A DNA stretch of 64,000 bases from NCBI GenBank assembly GCA_019058445.1, contig JAHPZA010000003.1, positions 580,919 through 644,918 on the forward strand, written 5' to 3'. Positions 31,497-40,226 of the stretch are shown here, piece after piece. The number at the start of each line of letters is the position of its first letter. Positions within the stretch are counted from its first letter, which is position 1. This stretch comes from Promethearchaeota archaeon (GTDB lineage: Archaea; Asgardarchaeota; Lokiarchaeia; Sigyniarchaeales; SOKP01). The position numbers and the translations under genes were made by a program. The notes under the pieces are model-generated. The model saw only the letters and a list, made by a program, of their open reading frames with translations. It was not told the origin of the DNA and ran no database searches.

Positions 31497-31693
31497 TAAT
31501 TATCAGCTTTCTATTGAACCGAGTATTAGCAGTATATTACTATCTGTAAAAGAATATAAATATTTACAGAATAATAACAGTGTATTTCTTTCGTTAGAGG
31601 AATTTTAAAACAAATTAAAAAAGAGGGATTTATATTAGATATTTAAAATTATCATTTTACTATTATTTTAATTACAAATTTAGGCGGGAGAAT

Positions 31694-34102
31694 ATGATCG
31701 AATTTGTAAAATCACTAGATTTATCGGATAAAGCAATCTCTCTTTATCAAGCTCTTTACGGTAAAAATCCATTAACAATTAATGAAATACATTTATTAAA
31801 ACCTAAGTTGTCAAAAAAAGAGCTAATTGAGATTATTAATGAATTGTTTCAAACAAAATTATTAATTAAAATCAGTTCTAAGGATGCTTCAATTATAGGG
31901 CATTATATTGCGATACCACCATTTTCTATTTTAGGTGATTTAGTTTCTCAAATTAAAGATTCGCTCGTTGGAAAAGAAGGATCTGCCACGAAATTTGAAA
32001 CTGTAATAAATAATATCTTCAATAACCAGAGTAAAATAGAGTTAGAAAATATTTATAAGGATTTTCAAAGACTCCAAAGTGATGTTAAGAATGATATCAC
32101 TACAATAAAAAAAGAATTGGATGCCCTCTTAGACGAAATAGAAAGTAAAGAAGATAAATTAGAATTTTTAACTAAATACGAGGAAGAATTAAAAAATATC
32201 ATAAATTCAGAGTTAGCCTCAATTGTAATTATAGTTCTTCAAATGAAAGCTGAATTTCAGGAAAAACTTAAAAAAATAGGCATTTCAAATACACAATGGA
32301 GTGCGCTAAAAGATGAAATAAAAAATACTTTAGCATTAGGCGTTCATGAAAAATCCGGGGAATTGGGAGAGATTCTTTCAGAAGAATTCAAGGATATTCA
32401 CAACACTTTAGAGCAGAAGCAGATCAATGTTCTAAAAGACAGATTTGAGCAGAAATCGATATATTTAGGTATTTTAAATTTGTTTAAAACTGAGATAGAT
32501 AAATTCCATAAAGCGCTACTTATGAAAAAGAAAAATTTGGAATTAGACATGAAAAACCTAGAAAAGGTTATGAATACAGAAATTGCAAATACTTTTCAAA
32601 AATCAATTACAAATGCTTCAGAAAATAGTTTATTCTTAGATAATTTCTATCATACATTTTTGGAAGAATATAGTGGAGCAGATCAAATATCTGTTGATAA
32701 TTTCTGGCCGATATATAGCAAGGCCAAAATCAGCGAAGAAATTTTATCCTATTTAAAAAAATCAAAAGAAGAACTTATAGTGATTATTCCCGAAATAGAG
32801 GGATTTATTCTTCAGAAATCTTTAAAAAGTATAGCCGAAGGACCTAATATACAAATTATTTCTTCTGATCCTCATGAGAGCGAAACTATTCAATCATTAG
32901 TTACCAAGAAAAATCTCGAGTTTAAAAGATTAGAAAATAATGATTTTATTGGAATTTTAAGTGATAATTCCTATTTAATATTAGGATTATATCGTAAATT
33001 TGAGAAAGATCCCTTAAAAAATGTAATAGGTTTTGGAACTAATAATAAACAAATGATTAATTTCTTAATGCCTATTTTTTTAGAGAAATTAGATGCCGCT
33101 AAGCCTCCAAAAAATCTGCAAATTAATAATAGATTTAATTTTATCATTAGAAACATAAATGATATTAAAGGAAAGAAAATTAGTAAGCTTCTCCAAGAAG
33201 TTCTGGATATTGCTTTTCAAATGGAGGGCATCTCTTTAGATGTGTTAGAATTAAAAATATTAATTAGTAAATTAAAAAATGTAAATGCACCATTAAATAA
33301 TGATTGGAAACAGCATGTGGTTGAGAAAATTGATGATTTTAATCAGAAATTCTCTAAGTTAATATTAGCAATTCCCCCAGAATTTAGAGAATCTGCTATT
33401 CCAGCTTCAATTGATGAAAGTGAACCTGTAGCATTAACCAGAGATATCAAATTAGAATATGTCGAAGATATGAATGCGATGTTTGATCTATTTTTAGAAA
33501 AAATTGAGGATCTTAAAGGAACTGAAATCTCAGGTTTAATAGAAAATATGATTGAGATGGTCATTAAATTTCAAGGACATTCAAATATTGTAGAATGGAA
33601 AGAAAATTTGAATACCATTAATGAAACGCTACAAGAACCGTTTAAAGAAAAACTTAGAGATGAAATAACTAATTGGAAAACTGATCTCCTTATACCAACA
33701 ACTCCTATAGAGTCATATTCTATACCTTCAGAACAGAAAATAGTAGATGATATCACTCAATCAGGAGAAGCAACCAAAATTGAAGAAGAATATTACAGTC
33801 CCGCTTTAGCAGAATTAGCGGAAAATCCTGAAGAAGTACCCTCAGATATCGAAAAGGATGAAGGTATTAACGAGATTTTTAGTGAGATCTCTCAAAATTT
33901 AGATCAGCTTATTGGGACTGAAATAAGTAAAAAACTACAAGCGATAATGGATATCGTTCTTGAAACTAAAGGGTATTCTTTGGGTCTCAAAGATATGAGA
34001 CAATGGATAAGCAAACTACGTATGATAAAAATTCCCCTGGTAGATGAAGTTAAATCTACATTTAAAGAAAAATTAGAAAAGTGGAAAGGAGAATGCTCTT
34101 AA
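31694..34102 (+). CDS. TrmB-type wHTH + coiled coil + PLD-like domain + three copies of a ~70-aa helical repeat
   Basis: N-terminal wHTH ending YIAIPP; SKEELIVIIPE; three C-terminal repeats with G.EIS..L..G.S...W. Confidence 0.72.
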   Translation: MIEFVKSLDLSDKAISLYQALYGKNPLTINEIHLLKPKLSKKELIEIINELFQTKLLIKISSKDASIIGHYIAIPPFSILGDLVSQIKDSLVGKEGSATKFETVINNIFNNQSKIELENIYKDFQRLQSDVKNDITTIKKELDALLDEIESKEDKLEFLTKYEEELKNIINSELASIVIIVLQMKAEFQEKLKKIGISNTQWSALKDEIKNTLALGVHEKSGELGEILSEEFKDIHNTLEQKQINVLKDRFEQKSIYLGILNLFKTEIDKFHKALLMKKKNLELDMKNLEKVMNTEIANTFQKSITNASENSLFLDNFYHTFLEEYSGADQISVDNFWPIYSKAKISEEILSYLKKSKEELIVIIPEIEGFILQKSLKSIAEGPNIQIISSDPHESETIQSLVTKKNLEFKRLENNDFIGILSDNSYLILGLYRKFEKDPLKNVIGFGTNNKQMINFLMPIFLEKLDAAKPPKNLQINNRFNFIIRNINDIKGKKISKLLQEVLDIAFQMEGISLDVLELKILISKLKNVNAPLNNDWKQHVVEKIDDFNQKFSKLILAIPPEFRESAIPASIDESEPVALTRDIKLEYVEDMNAMFDLFLEKIEDLKGTEISGLIENMIEMVIKFQGHSNIVEWKENLNTINETLQEPFKEKLRDEITNWKTDLLIPTTPIESYSIPSEQKIVDDITQSGEATKIEEEYYSPALAELAENPEEVPSDIEKDEGINEIFSEISQNLDQLIGTEISKKLQAIMDIVLETKGYSLGLKDMRQWISKLRMIKIPLVDEVKSTFKEKLEKWKGECS

Positions 34103-34135
34103 TGGTTTATTTCAGAAGCATATAAAAAATAAGTT

Positions 34136-34291
34136 CTATGTTCCATACTTTTCTTTCCATTTTTTTATTTTTTCGTCAGTGCTATCACTCATTTGACATC
34201 TTGGGTGGATTTGATCTTGTCTTTCAAATTCCTTTTCTAAAAGATCATCCAAATCATCTTCCTCATCAATTTCTTTTTCTTTTTCTTTCAT
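34136..34291 (-). CDS. Small acidic 51-aa protein (not in ORF track)
   Basis: Hand translation MKEKEKEIDEEDDLDDLLEKEFERQDQIHPRCQMSDSTDEKIKKWKEKYGT*. Confidence 0.55.
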   Translation of the reverse strand: MKEKEKEIDEEDDLDDLLEKEFERQDQIHPRCQMSDSTDEKIKKWKEKYGT

Positions 34292-34537
34292 AAAAATAAT
34301 TCACGCAATTTTAGGAGTTTATTTCTGATAAATAATAAATCTTTTCTGCAAAAATACTTTCTATTTATAGAATATAACTTGTAGATTATACTTCAAATTT
34401 ATTTTAAAATGATTATCTCCAAGACTTCTATAGTTTATAATTAAAATAGAGATAATATCGTTATATATATAAATCTTCTTGAAACTGCCATTTCACGAAT
34501 AATAGAATAATTGAGAAAGAAGAAATGTTGTAGGATT

Positions 34538-35674
34538 TTATTGTGTTTTAATTGATTCCAAAATTGCATCTGTAATGTATTTATATTCTTTTCCTAATTG
34601 CTTCTTATAATTCACATATCTAAAGTTGAAAACACACAAAGGGCAAGATGATACAATTTCATTTGTGTTTATTTCATTTATTAGTTGAGCTCCAATATCG
34701 ATACATAATCCACTATCGATGCCTCGTATTCCTGAACCTGCTCCGCAACAAGGCGAATTTCCACGATTTTTTTCTAAATTTTCTATAGTTAAGCCACAAT
34801 TGGCCAATAGTTCACGGGGTTCATTATAAATATCCATTCCATGAATTTTTCGGCCCATACGGCAAGCATCATGATACGTGATTTCTCTGTTTAATGGATT
34901 TAATTTAATTTTTCCCTCTTTTGCTAAATCATACACAACCTGAACGATATGCTTAACATTAATATCCCAGTCGTTAAGGTAATTCGGATAAACATTATTA
35001 AACGCATATAAACAGCCTCCACAGGTAACAATTATGTTTTTAATACCATGTTTCTTAAACCGTTCAAAATTCTCTTGGAATATCTTCTTTGCTAAAGTCA
35101 GGTTGCCAGCAGAATATACATATTCCCCACAGCAGGGCTCATTTTTCAAAATTTTAAAATTATAGCCCCCCTCTTTTAAGATTTCATAAGATGCAGTGGC
35201 GCTTTCTTTTACTCTAAAAGATGACATGCATCCCAAATATAAAAGTGTATCAGAATCGGCTTCCTCATATTTTTCTTCACCTCTATATGTTTCAGGCAAC
35301 CAATCTAAACGTTCTTCAGGTTTACCACTCACTGAATTATCATTGTCAACGATACCTTTGATTATCTTATTATGAATCTCATAGGGAGCCTTACCTTGCT
35401 CCACTAGTTTTGCTTTAGAAGCATGAATGATTTTAGAAATGGGGATATTTTGCTGGCAAGTAAGATCACATAGAGCACATAAAGTACAAGTATAAAGTCC
35501 GAATTTTTCATCCTCACTAATGTCTCCACCATTAAATACTTTTTTCGCAATTTGTAACCTTCCATTTGGGGATTGGAAAGGATTTTGAGTTGCGATAAAA
35601 GTATCACAAACTTCATTACAATTTTTACAGTCTATGCATGAATTAATATCTTCTAATATCTTATTTTCATCCAT
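34538..35674 (-). CDS. HdrD/GlpC-like Fe-S oxidoreductase (CCG domains)
   Basis: CIDCKNCNEVC, CTLCALC...C, EPCCG, YHDAC, CCGAG, SSCPLC. Confidence 0.9.
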   Translation of the reverse strand: MDENKILEDINSCIDCKNCNEVCDTFIATQNPFQSPNGRLQIAKKVFNGGDISEDEKFGLYTCTLCALCDLTCQQNIPISKIIHASKAKLVEQGKAPYEIHNKIIKGIVDNDNSVSGKPEERLDWLPETYRGEEKYEEADSDTLLYLGCMSSFRVKESATASYEILKEGGYNFKILKNEPCCGEYVYSAGNLTLAKKIFQENFERFKKHGIKNIIVTCGGCLYAFNNVYPNYLNDWDINVKHIVQVVYDLAKEGKIKLNPLNREITYHDACRMGRKIHGMDIYNEPRELLANCGLTIENLEKNRGNSPCCGAGSGIRGIDSGLCIDIGAQLINEINTNEIVSSCPLCVFNFRYVNYKKQLGKEYKYITDAILESIKTQ

Positions 35675-35760
35675 AATTTAACCAACTTAAATGCTTTAGT
35701 TGTTAGATATTAATAATTTACTTTTTATTTGTAATAAAATAATCGATTTCTCAGAGAAAG

Positions 35761-36504
35761 CTATTCTTTTAAACACTTCACGATTACATTTACAAAAATT
35801 TTAACAAATATTTTGGTAAGCTTAACATTTTCTCTAATATATTTTGCGACTTCCAGCTGGAACGCATTAGACTTAGCTTTTCTATAGAATTGATGAGTAA
35901 TATAGCCTCCAGAATATGCAAGGTTAAAATCCGATATCGCTAATCCGTCATCTAAAGTAAAATCCTTTGATAATTCCCGAACCATATCTGAAAAACCCCA
36001 ATATCTCTTAGAATCTTGGGATTCTGAAGAATATACAATTTTAAGGGTTTTTCCAAATATATTACCAATAATTATATCCGGATAATCTCTCTGCGGTTTG
36101 GTAAATCCATGGAGGTCAATAACTAAACACTTATCGTAGACAGATATGCATTCATTGTAAAAATCTTCTAATGTTTGGTGGTAAAAGTAGTGAATTTCTT
36201 TTGCTTCTGCAGAATTGTGGTTAAACGCTCCATGAGCTCTTGCAGGGCGGTTAAAATCCACCTTACTCCTATGGATTTTGCTTAATATATAATAAGGCTT
36301 TATATCAAACTTTCTCAATACTTGAAGGATCCTTTTTGTAATAAGATATTTATTTTTATCCGCTAATTGAGTGCCTACGAGTTTATCTGGGATATTATTC
36401 GGTTTTAAAAAGCCACCGTGTGGACATGATAAAATAAATGGAACGGATCCGGGTCTACATTCAACATATTTTTGGAAACGCTTCAAGATAACCTCAAGAA
36501 ACAA
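35761..36504 (-). CDS. N-formylglutamate amidohydrolase-like protein
   Basis: LSCPHGG, VDFNR, IDLHG, YSGGYIT, AFQLEV. Confidence 0.8.
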   Translation of the reverse strand: MFLEVILKRFQKYVECRPGSVPFILSCPHGGFLKPNNIPDKLVGTQLADKNKYLITKRILQVLRKFDIKPYYILSKIHRSKVDFNRPARAHGAFNHNSAEAKEIHYFYHQTLEDFYNECISVYDKCLVIDLHGFTKPQRDYPDIIIGNIFGKTLKIVYSSESQDSKRYWGFSDMVRELSKDFTLDDGLAISDFNLAYSGGYITHQFYRKAKSNAFQLEVAKYIRENVKLTKIFVKIFVNVIVKCLKE

Positions 36505-36557
36505 GCTTCTTATAATAAAAAAAATAATAAACGATTTGATTTAAAAATGTAAGATTT

Positions 36558-36905
36558 TTACGGTAAGGCATCTAAAAATGTTAAAAATACATTCTGTGAG
36601 GGCTCAGGTAAGTCAGTAATACTTTTCTTGACTTTCTCTATAAAATCTTCTTTTGATGCTGCTTCAGGAAGTATATAATTATCAATATCTTGAAACTTTT
36701 TGACAATTTTCTCGTATGCTAAGATGAGATTATCAAGATGTTTGCTTACTTCTAAGGCCCATTCGGATTCTAATTTAACCTTTTTCTCTTTTTTATTTTC
36801 CTTTTTTTCTTTCTTTTCCTTCTTATCTTTCTTTTTATCCTTTTCTTCCTTATCTTTGTGTTTATCTTTAGTTTTTTCTTTGTCTTTCTTTTTTTCTTTT
36901 CCCAT
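36558..36905 (-). CDS. Hypothetical protein with K/D/E-rich low-complexity N-terminus
   Basis: First ~45 aa almost entirely K, E and D; helical C-terminal domain. Confidence 0.7.
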   Translation of the reverse strand: MGKEKKKDKEKTKDKHKDKEEKDKKKDKKEKKEKKENKKEKKVKLESEWALEVSKHLDNLILAYEKIVKKFQDIDNYILPEAASKEDFIEKVKKSITDLPEPSQNVFLTFLDALP

Positions 36906-37133
36906 TTTATCTCAATTCCTCGGAATTTTTTATTATCCAAATAATAATTGATAGATATTTAAACTTTAGTTCTAAAATTGTTTTTTCAAATTTAAGTAAT
37001 GTAAAATATCTTGTATTAAATGAGTTATAATAATTTATTTACCGTAAAAACCAAATTTTTAAAAGTTCTAAAAATTTTCTCTAAATACAAATTAGTAAAA
37101 AATAATTTAGTCACTAATTGAGGTAAAGGGATA

Positions 37134-37436
37134 TTGGCAATAAATGAGGTTATAAGTTTTCTCAAAAAGAAAGGCTTTCGTGACACTTTTCAAGTGCTTA
37201 CACAATTTAAGAATTTTGAAACTGACAAACATACGTTCTATAATGAGTTAAACAAATTTAGCTATTACAATTCTTTTTTCAGAGTGAAAGAAGACTTAAT
37301 TGACAAAGGTCTAATCAAAATTGAGAAAAATGCAAAAAAGAAGATGGTTAAGCTCACCAAAAAAGGATTAGATGTTTATAATAAGTTGGTCGAAATAAAC
37401 GATCTCATTAATCATACAGCCGTCAAAAAGAAATAA
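37134..37436 (+). CDS. Small basic winged-helix DNA-binding protein
   Basis: LIDKGLIKI...VKLTKKG wing motif; GAGGT SD, TTG start. Confidence 0.75.
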   Translation: MAINEVISFLKKKGFRDTFQVLTQFKNFETDKHTFYNELNKFSYYNSFFRVKEDLIDKGLIKIEKNAKKKMVKLTKKGLDVYNKLVEINDLINHTAVKKK

Positions 37437-37507
37437 TCTAAATCATATCAAAATTTAAAACCTCTTTTTTCTTTTTTTATTTTTAAATTATAAGCTAATG
37501 ATTCAAG

Positions 37508-38137
37508 ATGATTCTTAAAAAATTAACAGTTGGACAATTATTTACGAATTGCTATATTTTTGGCTCTGATGAGCATGTTGTCATCATCGACCCAGGTGGC
37601 GATAGCAATGTCATCATTAAAAGTGTTGACGAAGAATTTAACGCAAAACCTATAGCAGTGTTATTGACTCACGGTCATTTTGATCATTCAACTAAAGTTG
37701 GTAGGATCAAACGTAATTACCAAATACCACTAATGTATAATAAAAAAGAGTATGATTCTGGAATTTTTTCGCAAATAGAAGCTGATAGATGGTTAGAAGA
37801 AGGTGATACAATTGAAATTGATGATATAACTCTTCATGTATTAGAAACTCCGGGGCATTCTCCTGGTAGTTTGACTTTCTATTCTAAAGATGTTAAACAA
37901 CTAAATGGTATCAAATGTGATGGAATTATCTTCACAGGAGATTTATTGTTTCGCAGAAGTATCGGCAGATCTGATTTTGGTGGGGGAGATCAAGGACTTT
38001 TGTTTAGTAGCATTAAAACAAAAATAATGTATAATTCGAATTTAACAGATAATTTTTTAATTTTCCCCGGACATATGGGCAATACATCAATTGGCGAAGA
38101 ACGTAGAATGAATATGTTTAAAACTTATTTTTTATAA
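37508..38137 (+). CDS. MBL-fold metallo-hydrolase (glyoxalase II-like)
   Basis: THGHFDH, TPGHSPG, FTGD, PGH. Confidence 0.92.
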   Translation: MILKKLTVGQLFTNCYIFGSDEHVVIIDPGGDSNVIIKSVDEEFNAKPIAVLLTHGHFDHSTKVGRIKRNYQIPLMYNKKEYDSGIFSQIEADRWLEEGDTIEIDDITLHVLETPGHSPGSLTFYSKDVKQLNGIKCDGIIFTGDLLFRRSIGRSDFGGGDQGLLFSSIKTKIMYNSNLTDNFLIFPGHMGNTSIGEERRMNMFKTYFL

Positions 38138-38153
38138 AAAACATAGAAAGAGA

Positions 38154-38594
38154 TTAATCAATTTTTAATGTATTTATATCATATTCTATTTTTTCTCCCC
38201 TTCCTATAATTTCAGCTAAATCTTTCATAAATGAATTCATTAGGAACGTTTTTGTCTGTTCAGAAGCATTATAATTTCCGATGAATTTCTCAATAAACAA
38301 GTTGATTATCTTTTTATGAGTTTCGAAAACTTTTTTCTGTTTAATATTTTTTTCGCATTTTAAAATAAATTCAATACCAGTGAGCTTATCCTTAGTGAGA
38401 AAAAATTTACTATTTCCCAAATCAATTATTTTCACTTCTTCTTCTCCAATTTTTTGAGCGATTGTTTGTAAAGTCGTAAAAAAATTAGATAAATAATCTG
38501 GGTCTAGCTCCTTGGAACTTGGAAGAGTATTCTCTTGTAAATAAATTAGTTCTCCTCTGTGGTTAAGAATATATAATCCAACTACATCAGACAT
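38154..38594 (-). CDS. Longin-like domain protein
   Basis: GLYILNHRGELIY hairpin, helix LSNFFTTLQTIA, three strands, C-terminal helices. Confidence 0.65.
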   Translation of the reverse strand: MSDVVGLYILNHRGELIYLQENTLPSSKELDPDYLSNFFTTLQTIAQKIGEEEVKIIDLGNSKFFLTKDKLTGIEFILKCEKNIKQKKVFETHKKIINLFIEKFIGNYNASEQTKTFLMNSFMKDLAEIIGRGEKIEYDINTLKID

Positions 38595-39122
38595 AATTCA
38601 GATAACTTTTATATATAATAGCGATAATTTTCTTAAAATTCTAATATTATATTTTTGATTTTTAAGAAATAAAAAGATATATATTAAATTCATAGTGAAT
38701 AACAAAATAAGTTTATGCTACTATTTCAAAAATAATTATTACTTTAGAATAAATGATTGATATTTTATTTCATCCATTATCCCAATAAGATGTACTTTGA
38801 TTTTCATTTTATTCGATTTTAATGTTTTAACTAAGATTTTTCAAATTATCTATACCTTTCTACGTTAAATCATGGAGAAGCTCTACACGAAAATTAAAAT
38901 TTTAAGATAGTTCTTTTTAAATAGGGGACTATAAGATTAGGATTACATAGAATCAGTTTGCATACTTGAATATGACTTGGTAAATCTGATGTAAGGGAAT
39001 ATATTGACCCACTTAACTTAAAATTTTTATTTTTAATTTTCCGTTAAAAGTAAAAGATTAAAAGTACCATCCAATATTATTTTTATAAATATTAATTTTT
39101 TTAGTGGTATTGTGAATCAGTT

Positions 39123-39407
39123 ATGATTGATGTTAATGAAGTAAAGGCAATAATAAAACGTTTTGAGGAGAAAGAAGGCGTTCGGGGAGTAATCATCTGT
39201 GATTCTAGCGGGCTTCCAATAAAATCTAATCTTCCTACCGACCAGACAGAAGAGGTCTCTGCTTATATTACAGCTCTAATTGGAAAATCTCGCCAATGTG
39301 TTGATGCTTTAAAGGAGGGTAATTTGAAATTTATAAGGCTGGAAACCTCTAAAGGAGAAGTTATGATTGCCCTGGAGGACAATCTTATCCTAATTATCTT
39401 AAAATAA
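39123..39407 (+). CDS. Roadblock/LC7 domain protein
   Basis: GVRGVIICDSSGLPIKS, FIRLETSKGEVMIA; 94 aa. Confidence 0.9.
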   Translation: MIDVNEVKAIIKRFEEKEGVRGVIICDSSGLPIKSNLPTDQTEEVSAYITALIGKSRQCVDALKEGNLKFIRLETSKGEVMIALEDNLILIILK

Positions 39408-39771
39408 ACTCGAGACTTTTTTATATCTATCAATATCCTTTTTTTAAAATAATCTTAAATAGAAAATTCACATTTAAACTTAGAAATTTTTATTAAACAT
39501 AAAGTATAATATTGAATATTTTTTCTTGAAAGCACTAGAAAGAAAAAATCATAACTGGTTATTGGCCTTATGCTTTCCTTCAAATAAAAATTTTAAAAAA
39601 TCTGTGATAAAAAATTAATATGATTAGGATTTATATTTTAGATACTAATAAAAAGTTTAAATTTATTTTTGAATATTTATACTATATATTCAAGTTATAT
39701 CTATTCTAAAGAATAAAAACAATCTTAAAATTCTATTTTTACCGATTTAAAGTTAAAAGAGAGTTCTTCCA

Positions 39772-40122
39772 ATGAGTAAAGCAGATATTGAGAAAAAATT
39801 AGCACAACTAATGGATACCGTTCCAGAGTGCGAAGGGTTAATCGCAGCAGATTTAGATGGTAAGGTGATTGTAGGGCAGACAATTACAGAAATGGATCAT
39901 GCGAAAATTGCAAAATCCTGTGTATCAATCATTAAAGATTCCAATACCTTAGGGAACAATATTGACAAGGGATCTCTGAGAAATACCACAATTGAGCTAG
40001 AAGAGGGTTTTGCAGTATTAGTAGGCTCAGATAAAACGGTGTTAATTGCTGTAGCCGGAATTGATGGAAAAGCATCACTTGGGCTTCTAAAACGAAATTT
40101 AATAAGTATTTCTAAGTTATAA
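39772..40122 (+). CDS. Roadblock/LAMTOR/MglB-like protein
   Basis: EGLIAADLDGKVI, IELEEG, LIAVA...ASLGLL; 116 aa. Confidence 0.85.
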   Translation: MSKADIEKKLAQLMDTVPECEGLIAADLDGKVIVGQTITEMDHAKIAKSCVSIIKDSNTLGNNIDKGSLRNTTIELEEGFAVLVGSDKTVLIAVAGIDGKASLGLLKRNLISISKL

Positions 40123-40226
40123 TTTTATTTTCTTCTTTTTTTAACTCTAAGTTACATTATAAATAACAGACTCTACTATTCTTTACAATATCAAAATTAG
40201 AAAGGAGTATTTAAAAAGTGATTATT

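Noticed and set aside
39527-39582. Weak hairpin between the two roadblock genes
   Set aside because: Short, bulged, AT/GU-rich pairing that cannot be told from background.
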